From the IMG/VR virus record IMGVR_UViG_3300027766_000001: a stretch of 64,000 nucleotides of DNA; one strand, 5' to 3'. The stretch's first letter is position 1; every line of letters begins with the position of its first letter. The notes under the pieces are model-generated. The model saw only the letters and a program-made list of their open reading frames with translations, did no database searches and was not told the DNA's origin. Source of the DNA: a virus. Lineage: Duplodnaviria > Caudoviricetes. Positions 1-10,064 of the stretch are shown piece after piece. A program made the translations under genes and the position numbers.

Positions 1-19
1 TTGATTTGTTGGAGGCTCC

Positions 20-1084
20 ATGGCGGTTGATATCGGAAGCTCGATAGGCAGTGCGTTAAAGCAAGCCAGTTCATTAACGACCAACGCGGTCTCGAAGGCT
101 ACCTCGATGTTCACCACCGGGTTGTCCGAAGACATCGCGCTGGTTGACTCAACAGCAAAGAGTGGCCTGGCTTCCCTGAACACCTTCAAAGACAATCAGG
201 TCAACGCCCTGAATGGGTTTATTAAGAAGGTCTCAGGAGGCGCGCTTAGCATCAGTGAACTCTCCAGTTACATTGATGTGCGCAACGGTTTTAAAGTGGA
301 CTACATGTCGCTGGGTAAACGTTTGGGTGAAGCAGCTGGCTTCCCTATTAACTCTATCCTGAACATGTCGACCCAAATTCAACAGGAAGCGATGAACCTG
401 TTGGATGCGTACCAAAGCAAAAACTACATGGGTTTGCTGAACACCCTGGGAATCAACATTGCGACCGATGGCTCGTATGAGATCACCAGTATGCTTACTG
501 ATGTCATTAACCGTTATGCGGATTCTGACAGTGAGTTCAGTACTGTGGTGGACCGCACAGCCCAGGTAGCGTTCTTAAACGTGATGCTGCAGTACACGGT
601 GTCCTCCGGATTATGGGAAGGGATTGATACCCTACTCAACCAGTACACCAATAAACAGGATGGCTTAACCGCCTTGGGTAATTGCGCCAGCTATGCAATT
701 GCCAACGGTGATATCTATACCCTGCAAGCAATTGTGGATCGTGTCGGTGCTACCCAGGTAAAAGCGTTGAACGCGAACGTGATTGTTGAGATGCTGCGTA
801 ACTTCCGCTTTCGCACCGGCGTCACCACCAGTGACTATCCAAACTACCGCGGTCGTTTAGCGGGAGTATTAGATGGTCTTGAACCTGGCTGGGACAAAGT
901 TAACTTCGGTGGTGTCGTGGCCAATCGGCTTGAGCCGTTTACAGCGTGTTCACCGGATGTCATTACACTGCTGCAGTACGAGCCTCGGTTTCGTGACCAG
1001 GTGTTAATGGCAAAGCTTTACCCCAGTCAGAACCTCATTGATCTGCTGCGGTCAAGCTACCCGAACTTAGCAGTCGTGCAATAA
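20..1084 (+). CDS. Putative virion structural protein (354 aa), tail/baseplate region
   Basis: Long ORF with GGAGG RBS, convergent with the gp182/gp181-like genes. Position matches the conserved phiKZ/SPN3US tail module (synteny inference). Confidence 0.6.
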   Translation: MAVDIGSSIGSALKQASSLTTNAVSKATSMFTTGLSEDIALVDSTAKSGLASLNTFKDNQVNALNGFIKKVSGGALSISELSSYIDVRNGFKVDYMSLGKRLGEAAGFPINSILNMSTQIQQEAMNLLDAYQSKNYMGLLNTLGINIATDGSYEITSMLTDVINRYADSDSEFSTVVDRTAQVAFLNVMLQYTVSSGLWEGIDTLLNQYTNKQDGLTALGNCASYAIANGDIYTLQAIVDRVGATQVKALNANVIVEMLRNFRFRTGVTTSDYPNYRGRLAGVLDGLEPGWDKVNFGGVVANRLEPFTACSPDVITLLQYEPRFRDQVLMAKLYPSQNLIDLLRSSYPNLAVVQ

Positions 1085-1085
1085 T

Positions 1086-1126
1086 CAGCATAACGAGCAG
1101 AGGCCAACGCCTCTGCTCTTATGCCG
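1086..1126. terminator. Bidirectional intrinsic terminator with CAGCATAA / TTATGCCG flanks
   Basis: 9-bp stem GAGCAGAGG/CCTCTGCTC between convergent genes, followed by TTATGCCG and a T-run. Confidence 0.8.
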
Positions 1127-1128
1127 GT

Positions 1129-1314
1129 TTATTTTTTATACACTGCTTTTACCATCTTATCACTGAACGCCAGGACATCGCTTAACCGATCACCCAGGGT
1201 CTTTGCAATACGACGTTGCTTGCTGAGCTCAAACCACAACCCACAGCACAACAAACCGAGTAGAGTCACCGTAAAGCTTAACCCTACAATTACTTCTTCG
1301 TAATACCCTTCCAC
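1129..1314 (-). CDS. Small single-pass membrane protein (about 61 aa, GTG start)
   Basis: GGAGG 6 nt upstream of GTG. Hydrophobic stretch VIVGLSFTVTLLGLLCCGLWF followed by basic residues. Confidence 0.6.
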   Translation of the reverse strand: MEGYYEEVIVGLSFTVTLLGLLCCGLWFELSKQRRIAKTLGDRLSDVLAFSDKMVKAVYKK

Positions 1315-1327
1315 TGCATGCCTCCGA

Positions 1328-3328
1328 TTATGAACGTCCTGTTCCCTGTACGAACATCTTAATGGCTTCACCGGCCAAAGAGTTTGAGAACGTGGCCGCC
1401 ATCTGTGTCGGTGACACCCACTGCTTCACATCAAGCTTGGTACGTGCTAACACGCGCGCCAGTTTGTCTGACGTATAGATCTGTTCGTTCACCCCCATAG
1501 CGGAGAGCACGTTCAGGTAGTCAGAGTAGTTGGTGTCATCGGTCAACAGTTTGTTCATGGCAGCTGCCGGGTTAGTCAGGTCACCTGGGTTCAGCGCCGG
1601 CTCGATGGGGATGTGCATCAACGGCGACAGATCTACTACGGAGAACGTCACATCGATACCCAGCGGATGTTTGTCACGTGTCCAGCCCACATTACCCACA
1701 CCACGCTGAATACTCATCGAGTCCACCATCCCTAAACGGGTCTGTGAACGCCCTTTGGAGAAGGCTTCGATAAGGAACGGTGAAGTATAGGCCTGAGAGC
1801 CCGCAGAATGCGGCAGGGCCATGTTTAGCAAACAAACCAGGGGAATGATCAGGTTTTGGATACGTGCCACTGGATGGCCGTACGGAGAGCGTAGATTGAT
1901 GGTGTACGTTTCACGCGGAAGCGATACCGTCGATCCTGCCCAGTGCTGTGGAATGTCCACAAACCCCTGACCCAGCACGATGTTGGCAATACCACCTAAC
2001 CCGGTCCCTGAGATTGCTCCTGCGACCACATCCTGCGCACCCCTGATCAAAGCATCGATACCGGGGATACCGGTTGCCCCGCCTGACATGGTAAAGCGCG
2101 CATCGTTAGTCTGTGCCGAGAAGCCGTTGAAGAACCCTGCCAGGTCGTTGTCTTTAAACGAACTGGAGAAAGACTCACCCACAGCACCATTGTGGTTAAC
2201 CTTGAAACCAATGAACGCACCCCCGTCACGAAGTTCCGAGGCCAGGTGGGATTCAATGGATTCCATGAACGTCATGGGTTTCTCGGTGTTACTTACCGAT
2301 ACCGTCTGGCCGTTCTGCTGCACCGCGTTATTCACACCGGTGTCACCATCGGAGTCAGGGGTGTAGTTACCCGCCCGCTCGACGCCGTTGTTGTGATCGC
2401 CGTCACTGCCCAATCCTGAATTGAAGTAGGAGTTCAAATACGTCTTCAGGTTAGACTGTGAGGAATCCCCGGCTTTATCGGTCCAGTTATTGCCGTGCTG
2501 GTAAATGGCTCGAATCGCGGTCTCACGGTTCGTGGTGCTGGTTAAGCGTGACTCCAGGGCTTTCTCCCAACGAATCTGTTTACGCGTGGCACGGTTCGCC
2601 AGATAGAACAGATCCACAGTGCCGTCTGCTTTCCACAATCCCGGTAACAGGTTCGCAATCTGCTGACGTTCGTTCTGTGTGTACATCGAGAAATCAAAGC
2701 CTGAGACTTTACCCACATCAGCCAACTGACCATGACGGGTACGGAACACACGCGGCACAATTCCCATGTTAATGAGAATCTGGTTCAGCATGTGTGTACA
2801 CGCTTTCCAGTAAAGCGGCATAACCGGTTTAGAATAGTAGAACTTGGATTTCGGAATACCGGCTAACCAACGTACGGTATTGTACGTGACCGAGATCGCC
2901 TGGATTGGCCAGTGCACAATAGACGAGGCCAATTCTGCAATCTTAAACAACCAACCCGGTGAACGACCCGTACGCGCCAGGTAGGCCGAGTTGGAGTCGA
3001 ACATGTTGGAGAGGAACGTGAACATGCCGTTGAACTCTGGCACACCCATACGAAAATAAACGACGTCTGCGTTATCATCGATCGACACAGAGTAGTCAGA
3101 ACCCATGCCCGAGAATTGGTCGGTCCAGAAACGTGAGGAACGAATGTCACACGTTGGTGACCACTGCGGCGGTGGGTTGATCCAGAAGTTACCCCCTGGG
3201 GTAGTATCAGTAAACTTGTTACGTGCTGCTTGGAAACGACGACGGTCTTTTAGTCCATCATCGATTGCCACACCCGAAAGCATGAACGCCTGCTGGATGT
3301 AGTCATGGTCCCGGATACTGACAGTCAT
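1328..3328 (-). CDS. Virion tail/baseplate protein (phiKZ gp182 / SPN3US gp238-like)
   Basis: 666-aa ORF directly downstream of the tape-measure-like gene. Assignment by synteny. Confidence 0.6.
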   Translation of the reverse strand: MTVSIRDHDYIQQAFMLSGVAIDDGLKDRRRFQAARNKFTDTTPGGNFWINPPPQWSPTCDIRSSRFWTDQFSGMGSDYSVSIDDNADVVYFRMGVPEFNGMFTFLSNMFDSNSAYLARTGRSPGWLFKIAELASSIVHWPIQAISVTYNTVRWLAGIPKSKFYYSKPVMPLYWKACTHMLNQILINMGIVPRVFRTRHGQLADVGKVSGFDFSMYTQNERQQIANLLPGLWKADGTVDLFYLANRATRKQIRWEKALESRLTSTTNRETAIRAIYQHGNNWTDKAGDSSQSNLKTYLNSYFNSGLGSDGDHNNGVERAGNYTPDSDGDTGVNNAVQQNGQTVSVSNTEKPMTFMESIESHLASELRDGGAFIGFKVNHNGAVGESFSSSFKDNDLAGFFNGFSAQTNDARFTMSGGATGIPGIDALIRGAQDVVAGAISGTGLGGIANIVLGQGFVDIPQHWAGSTVSLPRETYTINLRSPYGHPVARIQNLIIPLVCLLNMALPHSAGSQAYTSPFLIEAFSKGRSQTRLGMVDSMSIQRGVGNVGWTRDKHPLGIDVTFSVVDLSPLMHIPIEPALNPGDLTNPAAAMNKLLTDDTNYSDYLNVLSAMGVNEQIYTSDKLARVLARTKLDVKQWVSPTQMAATFSNSLAGEAIKMFVQGTGRS

Positions 3329-3378
3329 GATGTGCTCCGAAGAAAGAAGGCTACCGGATACCCGGTAGCCATTCTGGT

Positions 3379-6300
3379 TTAGTTACTGTACGTGCGCTTC
3401 ACGGAGATCCCTGGATTGCCTGCGCCCACAGGTGTCGACCGCACGGCACTGGTAGCTTGCTGTGGAGTCGGTGCTGCTGGAGTCGGTTGGGCTGCAGCCG
3501 GGGCCACGACCTCTTTCTCCGCCATCTGTTGGTTAGTGCCCGCAATCTTGTTCAGGGCCGCGATCATCTGATCGAGTTTCTCATTCGTGGTAGCCGTGTT
3601 CGCAGCGGTGGCCTTAACATGTGTATCATCCATTTCCATAGAAACTGGAACAGGCTGAACAGGTGCTGCAGGTTCGGGCTGGAGCTGTGGCTGCATCTCA
3701 GTCTTGTTGAGTACACTTGGATCGGCCGATGCCGTGGAGTCCGGTGCATTCGGTGTGACCGAGGCGGCGTTGTTGGTTGCAGTGGCGCTTGGACCTGCCG
3801 TGGACGACATGTCTGGCGGTGTGCTGCTTGGACCGGCGTTGGTGGTTGCACCAGGAGGAGGCGGTGCAGCTGCCGCAGCAGTTGCGCTGGTCGCCGCGGA
3901 CTTATCATCCGGTACTGCCCCTTCCTGTTTCGCTTGCTCTTGTGCAGACTGACCCATCATATCTTCCATGGTCGAGCCGCCATCCGACGTGGTGCCGGTG
4001 TCGCCCTTGTCCTTGCCAGAGAGGATGTCGTCGTACTGACCGCCGTCTAAGGTCTGCATGTACTGCTGAGCAAGTTTCTGGGTATCTTCCAACCCAATCG
4101 TGCCGCCGTTGACAATCTTACGCACCCCTGCTACGTCGCCAGCTTTCGCTTTCTGACTGATCGCCTTGTTGGCTTTCCAGAAGTAGAGCGCAGATGCTGC
4201 CGCCATCGTTGGGTCTTCCGCAATGATATCCGGATCATCTACCAGGTCCACACCCAGTGCTTTAGAAGCACGTGTGTAGTTGTCTTTACCCGTTAACTGG
4301 ATAAAGCCACGACCCCGGTATTTGTATCCATCACCTGGATTCTCGTTCCCCATGCGATTACCGTAAATGGTGTTCGCAATGGTGACCGGACCGCCACTGG
4401 CCACTTCCTGGGCTTTGGCTGCATTCGGGAACCGTTTCGGCCAGAGCTTCATTAACGTTTCAGGACGGTAACGTAAGTTCTCTTCCACATTCTTAAAGCC
4501 CCCGGTTTCATGGTGGGTGTTCGCCAACATGATCGCCAGTTCTTTCTTGTCTGTGATGCCGTTCTTCACCGCTTCACGAATCATGGCACGGGCACCCTCT
4601 TCGGTACCTGGACCCATCTTCAGCGGTTCAACCTTCCCGGTGCTGTCTAACCCACCGCCATCTTTCTTACCGACGCCATCAGGCATCTGACCGCCACCGT
4701 AAGCCCCATTGGTCTTACCGGTTGCTGGATCGTACGCGGTCTCTTGACGCTGAGAACTGCGCACCACCCCATCAGTACCTTTCACGGCGTTGGTGGTCTG
4801 CTGACCGGTGCTGTTATCCTTACGCCACTGTTTGTCAGTCGTACCATCCTCGCTTTGCTTCACACCCCCTTTAACTGGCTGGGCTTCGTACTGCGCCGTC
4901 TTCGCCAACTGTTTCAGGTTGTTGATGTGCATGTCGAGAATGGTGGCATCGGTATTGGAGGTATCCAAATCCGACCACGGACTGTCAGACACGGTCCAGA
5001 TGTTGAGGTCAGTGCGACCGTCATTGTACGTCTGGGCCGTCATGGCGTTGATGATCATCAGTTTGGTTTCTGGCGGTAACTTCATCGCACCCATGGTTGG
5101 CTTGTCATCACCTACCTGGTTGTACACCGTTGAAGCAAACGCCAAATACGCCGGCAGGAAACGACGCGAGAACCACTTCGACCAACTGTTAAACGAGAAC
5201 GAGGAGAGCCAGCCGTGACCAAACGAACTGGCCATGACATCAAACACCTCTTTCGTCTTACCGGTAAAGTGAACACCCCGACCGTTAAACGAGATCTTGT
5301 TCTGGATTACCAATTCCAATTGCAGCAAGGTCGAGACTTTGCTCACATCCAGATTCGGCAAACCGTAGATCTTCATTCGGGCAGCGGTTAAATCATCCAG
5401 CGCCTGACCTTTCGCTGGGAGTATGGACCCCAGGACGTCTTGCACGGAAACGATCGTTACCTCTTGCCCCCAACCTACGCCAATTTTGTGACCATCCAGA
5501 TCCACACCTTTCAACTTACCGCCATCGGCAGGACGAATGGCATCCACCACATCTTTGTCTACCAGCGTTGCACGTGCGCGGTTTTCATTACCGGTGAGTA
5601 CCAGTGAAGTCGACTTAGCATCCTTACTCGTGTTCTTCACTTCGGCCTTAAGCTGATCCACCACATTCTGTACTTCTTGCGTGGTTTCACGGTACCCGAG
5701 TGCTGGCTTGGTATTAAACAGCATACCTGACCAACGGTACGGATGATCAATTGACTCGTCAAACTGCTGACAGCGTTTGGCCATCTCATACTTCGCCGCA
5801 TTGTCCTTAGAGGAATCAAGATCAGCGAACTTGACACCCGGGAACATTTGCTTGGCAACCGCATAGTGCGTTAAGAACACCGGTTTGAAACGTTGCACGA
5901 ACCACCCACCAAACGCTTCCACTTCGTCACGGCTGTTCGGGTCTTCAATGAACGGTTTAGCCAACTCAGCCATTGGTGCTTTTGGATCGATCATGGCTTT
6001 ACCGGAATCCAGTATTTTTACATACGGCTCCAGTGCGGCTTCCAGGGCAAAGATCTTCCCAGTGTAGTCAGACTTGATGGAATCCAAGCCGTACTGGTAA
6101 AGACGCATCTGCTGGAGCAAACCCGGTGAGTTGATCCATTTGTAGATCGCAGCACCGACACTGCTACCCGCCAGTGCACCCAGTGCAGAACCTACCACTG
6201 CACCAATAGCGGTACCGACCACAGGCACAACAGAACCAATCGCAGCACCCATTGCCATGCCACCCAGTGCACCACCTGCAGCACCGCCCAATCCTTCCGC

Positions 6301-9300
6301 TACACCCAGACCGTCATCATCCTGCCAGGCTTGATAGGCTTCGAACCCACCCACTGCCAGTGACCCCACAATCGGGATACGCCGCGCCAGAGTTTTAGCC
6401 CCACCTTTCAACAGCCACGATGCACGACCTGCCATACGACCCGGCTCACCGAGAATTGCTTTCGCACCTCGACCCAGCACGTTCTTGGCAGTCCAGCGCA
6501 CAGCCCGGTTGATGATACCGCGTTTCTTCGGAGGACGACCCCCACGACCCCGACCGCGACGGTTACGACCACCGCGTTCCGGTGTGTCAACATCCGGCAC
6601 GTCATCCATGAGATCACCTGCGGCATCGAGGGCTTTCTTACCCATGAGCAGTTTGCCTAATCCACCGACAAGGGTTCCGACCCAGCCAAGCTTAAGAAAG
6701 TTTGCCAAGCCTGCGAGAATCCCGTACTTCTTAATCCCGCCGAAGAACCCTGAGACGCTGGTGAAGATCCCACCCAGCAGACCAAAGAGTGACGTGGGTT
6801 TTTCCTTAGGCTCACCATCCTTGTCAACCTTCTCTTTCTCAGGTTTCGCTTTCTTACGGCGAAGCTGATCCAGCCAGGAATTATCACGAACGCCATCGCC
6901 GTCTGAGTCACCACGGGTACCCTCCTTCTTCTTACGTAAGAAAGACCAGACTGCTTTCGCACCCTTAAAGCCGAGAATCGCCGGACCCAGGGTTGCCCAC
7001 TTAGTGACCGTGAACACACCGCTGGAATACATACGACCCAGACCAAAGGCTTTGGCAAGCTTACTGGCTTCGCGTCCTTTCATGCGATCACCCAACGACT
7101 TCAAGAACCCTTTACGTTCCTGGATGCCGTTGTTGATGACATTCGGGTCACCGGTGATCTGTGCCATGGTGGCGTCTTTCGCTGCACTGACCTGGTCACG
7201 GGTAGACGCAGTGATGCTAATCAGCTCACGGAGCAAGTCATTTTGCTCACCGGCTAATACCACCTCCGGTGCGGGCTCTTCCGATGCCTGGATTGCCTCA
7301 GGTTCAACAACCGGTACACGCGTTGGTTTGGCACCATCAACGATCGGTGTTTGAGACTGATCAAGGTTGACACCCACACCACTGCGCAAACTGGTGATGC
7401 TTAATCCGTCGAGTTGCTTTTGCAAAGACTGTACAATGAACGCGCCCCGTTTCTGTGCAGCATCGTACGCCTCTTGGCCCATCTCTTCTGGATCAAGATT
7501 GTGCAGCTGCTCTTTCACCTGGCGAATCATATCGGCCGTACGTTCTTTGATCCTGGCAATGCTGACATGGACAACATGCTCGTCACCGCTACCTTGCAGC
7601 ATCCGTAGCTCATCGACCATGGCATCGTACTTGTCGCTGCAATCGGCGTAAAACTTGCTGAGCGCATCGTTAGTCATGCTGGCACGTAGACGTTCGGTTG
7701 CGGCAGCACCAATCCCTTTACCCCGATTCAGGATGTCATCGACTTTGCTCTTCGCTTTGTCCATACCACCTGAGAGACCCAGGTCTTCGGCTTTGCCTTT
7801 TACCTTGTCCGCCAGATCACTGGCTGCGCCTTTCACTTTCTCCTTGGCTTTGTCTTTGAGATCATCCACAGCACCCGTATCAATACGGTCTTTCAACGGG
7901 GCAGGGCCTTCGTCTTCGGCATCAGGACGGAAGTTCGGGTTGCTGATGAATTTCTCCATCATCTTCCAATACATGTCATGGTTGAAGACTTCCTGACCAT
8001 TGACACGCTGGATAATCCCCATCTCCTTCAGCATGGCGCGCTGACCACCGTTGGCCAGTGCGTTGACGGAGTCCTGCACGTTAGGCATGTAGTTCTGCTG
8101 GGACTGCATGTTTGTTGCGACACGCTTACGCAGGTCAGCCACATCCGCACTGTCACCAATCTGGTACTTACCTAACAGCTTCGCCTTACCGGTGGCTTCC
8201 TTGGTATCGAAACGTTTGTGCAGGAAATCATTGATCTCCCGAATCGTCTCTTTACTGGCGTTGATCCAACCCGACTCCGTGAGATAGTTGTTGATGTTAA
8301 AACCATCGCCGGCATCCGCATCACGGGCAAAGCGCATCGCAAGTGCGACACGGGCATTGGCCGAGAGTTCTTCATCCGGGTCGATGGCTTCGACCATGCC
8401 GTTAAAGGAACCGGCGGCGGACTGGAACTCACTGCGGTTAAAGATGCTGGCACGGATATCTGCTTTGACACGGGCCTTGGAGGTAAACGCACCCTGACGG
8501 TGGTTAAAGGCTTGTTCCGGTTTGGCTTCCCCACCCCACACTTCGTACAGTTTCTGTTGCACGCTGAGCTGTTGAGTTAACAGACCCGGAATGACTTCCA
8601 CGATCGAGCGACGGGTCATCATGTCAAACTGCGCCGGCTGCATCAGGTCCTTGATACCAGGCGTGGTAACACGGGTCTTGTTGCCTTGCGTAACCGGGAT
8701 GTTAAACAGGGCGTTGTTCATCAGGGGATTCAGCACCCCTTTCTGCAGACGCGTGTACCATTTGTTGTTCGGGTCGAATTCGTTGTAGAACTCGTCGAAC
8801 TGTTGACGGTTACGTAACCAACCATTGATCAGACCCGGTGCTGACTCGGCGTAGTAGCTGAGGTTGTGACCCAAGCCATTAGCCCGCGGGTTACGCTCCA
8901 TACGGCTACGCATCAGCTGCTGTAACAAGAACGGGGCTGCACTGGCAAGCATACCGCCGGCAATCCGTCCTTTATTACCTGCACCACGGGTCATGCCTGA
9001 CATCCGGGCTTGCTGCATCGAGCGCATGGCCGCACCCAATCCTGCGGCACCGGCTGACCAACGATGGTTCCCGTTCTGCGACATGTTGTCGACCATGTTG
9101 TACACAGAGTCGAACAAGTGGTTACCGTAGCGCGATACCGTGGCACCGATCTTACCTGTCCCGTATGCCTTGTTCACCAACTTCTGGTGATTAGGGGATT
9201 TATGGGCTTTCTCCAGGTCCGTCATGGCCGAGTTAGAGATCATGTTTGAGAAGGCTTCGAGCGAGCGTTTGTAATACTGCTCTTGCATCTTCGCAATCGA

Positions 9301-10026
9301 GATGTCCAACTTATAATGACGATACTGCAGTTCCAATGATCGGCGTTGGAAGGTCGAGGTAATGGTTTCGGTGTGACCAACCAGACGACGCTGCATGGTC
9401 AGGATCTGATCTAACAGAACCGCCTGCTTCGCGTCACCCTTTTGATTGGCCACGGCACCGGCTGCCAGAGTCGCCAGGAGTTCCTGGTGTTGGGCTTGTG
9501 ACAACTCTGCATTGGCAGCGGCACCGTGTGTCATGGCGTCGAGGAGATCACTGGTGTCAGCGTCCACGTCAAGCTTCTGCCCGTCTTCGGTGACGTAGTC
9601 CTGCCAGCTGGTATCAGACGATGAGGCGTTGGCCCAATCTTCTAATCGTTTTGCAAGCTTTGCAGGAACCTTGTTACCGTACAGGCCGAGGGCTTCACGG
9701 GTGAGTTCACGGAACTCGTACACCGTCTCTTTGGTGTTCTCCCGGACTTTATCGTATAGGTCATCTTTAAACCGTAAGGTACGGTCAACTGTATCCAATG
9801 CCGGACCATACGAACGCGGAAGCATGGATTTGATCAGGCGTTGCGGGACACCGTAACCCGTTAACTCTGTGGTAACTCCCTCCCACAGACCCGACGCAAA
9901 TTCTCTAATTACGTCGCCTTTCTTTTTGGCTTTCTTCGCACCCGAATTGGACGACTCGCCGAAGTCATAATCCAGATCGTAGTCAGGTGAGAAGTCACCA
10001 AAACTTAAATCGAAATCGTTAGCCAT
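3379..10026 (-). CDS. Giant tape-measure-like virion protein with a C-proximal GH19 lysozyme domain (phiKZ gp181-position protein)
   Basis: 2215 aa, divergent from the vRNAP beta' gene. GH19 motifs LANTHHETGGF, YRGRGFIQLTGKDNY, VRKIVNGG. Glycine-rich hydrophobic segment and A/P/T/S-rich tail. Confidence 0.8.
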   Translation of the reverse strand: MANDFDLSFGDFSPDYDLDYDFGESSNSGAKKAKKKGDVIREFASGLWEGVTTELTGYGVPQRLIKSMLPRSYGPALDTVDRTLRFKDDLYDKVRENTKETVYEFRELTREALGLYGNKVPAKLAKRLEDWANASSSDTSWQDYVTEDGQKLDVDADTSDLLDAMTHGAAANAELSQAQHQELLATLAAGAVANQKGDAKQAVLLDQILTMQRRLVGHTETITSTFQRRSLELQYRHYKLDISIAKMQEQYYKRSLEAFSNMISNSAMTDLEKAHKSPNHQKLVNKAYGTGKIGATVSRYGNHLFDSVYNMVDNMSQNGNHRWSAGAAGLGAAMRSMQQARMSGMTRGAGNKGRIAGGMLASAAPFLLQQLMRSRMERNPRANGLGHNLSYYAESAPGLINGWLRNRQQFDEFYNEFDPNNKWYTRLQKGVLNPLMNNALFNIPVTQGNKTRVTTPGIKDLMQPAQFDMMTRRSIVEVIPGLLTQQLSVQQKLYEVWGGEAKPEQAFNHRQGAFTSKARVKADIRASIFNRSEFQSAAGSFNGMVEAIDPDEELSANARVALAMRFARDADAGDGFNINNYLTESGWINASKETIREINDFLHKRFDTKEATGKAKLLGKYQIGDSADVADLRKRVATNMQSQQNYMPNVQDSVNALANGGQRAMLKEMGIIQRVNGQEVFNHDMYWKMMEKFISNPNFRPDAEDEGPAPLKDRIDTGAVDDLKDKAKEKVKGAASDLADKVKGKAEDLGLSGGMDKAKSKVDDILNRGKGIGAAATERLRASMTNDALSKFYADCSDKYDAMVDELRMLQGSGDEHVVHVSIARIKERTADMIRQVKEQLHNLDPEEMGQEAYDAAQKRGAFIVQSLQKQLDGLSITSLRSGVGVNLDQSQTPIVDGAKPTRVPVVEPEAIQASEEPAPEVVLAGEQNDLLRELISITASTRDQVSAAKDATMAQITGDPNVINNGIQERKGFLKSLGDRMKGREASKLAKAFGLGRMYSSGVFTVTKWATLGPAILGFKGAKAVWSFLRKKKEGTRGDSDGDGVRDNSWLDQLRRKKAKPEKEKVDKDGEPKEKPTSLFGLLGGIFTSVSGFFGGIKKYGILAGLANFLKLGWVGTLVGGLGKLLMGKKALDAAGDLMDDVPDVDTPERGGRNRRGRGRGGRPPKKRGIINRAVRWTAKNVLGRGAKAILGEPGRMAGRASWLLKGGAKTLARRIPIVGSLAVGGFEAYQAWQDDDGLGVAEGLGGAAGGALGGMAMGAAIGSVVPVVGTAIGAVVGSALGALAGSSVGAAIYKWINSPGLLQQMRLYQYGLDSIKSDYTGKIFALEAALEPYVKILDSGKAMIDPKAPMAELAKPFIEDPNSRDEVEAFGGWFVQRFKPVFLTHYAVAKQMFPGVKFADLDSSKDNAAKYEMAKRCQQFDESIDHPYRWSGMLFNTKPALGYRETTQEVQNVVDQLKAEVKNTSKDAKSTSLVLTGNENRARATLVDKDVVDAIRPADGGKLKGVDLDGHKIGVGWGQEVTIVSVQDVLGSILPAKGQALDDLTAARMKIYGLPNLDVSKVSTLLQLELVIQNKISFNGRGVHFTGKTKEVFDVMASSFGHGWLSSFSFNSWSKWFSRRFLPAYLAFASTVYNQVGDDKPTMGAMKLPPETKLMIINAMTAQTYNDGRTDLNIWTVSDSPWSDLDTSNTDATILDMHINNLKQLAKTAQYEAQPVKGGVKQSEDGTTDKQWRKDNSTGQQTTNAVKGTDGVVRSSQRQETAYDPATGKTNGAYGGGQMPDGVGKKDGGGLDSTGKVEPLKMGPGTEEGARAMIREAVKNGITDKKELAIMLANTHHETGGFKNVEENLRYRPETLMKLWPKRFPNAAKAQEVASGGPVTIANTIYGNRMGNENPGDGYKYRGRGFIQLTGKDNYTRASKALGVDLVDDPDIIAEDPTMAAASALYFWKANKAISQKAKAGDVAGVRKIVNGGTIGLEDTQKLAQQYMQTLDGGQYDDILSGKDKGDTGTTSDGGSTMEDMMGQSAQEQAKQEGAVPDDKSAATSATAAAAAPPPPGATTNAGPSSTPPDMSSTAGPSATATNNAASVTPNAPDSTASADPSVLNKTEMQPQLQPEPAAPVQPVPVSMEMDDTHVKATAANTATTNEKLDQMIAALNKIAGTNQQMAEKEVVAPAAAQPTPAAPTPQQATSAVRSTPVGAGNPGISVKRTYSN

Positions 10027-10064
10027 TTGAACACCCTTTTACGTGACTAATAAAGGACACCATT

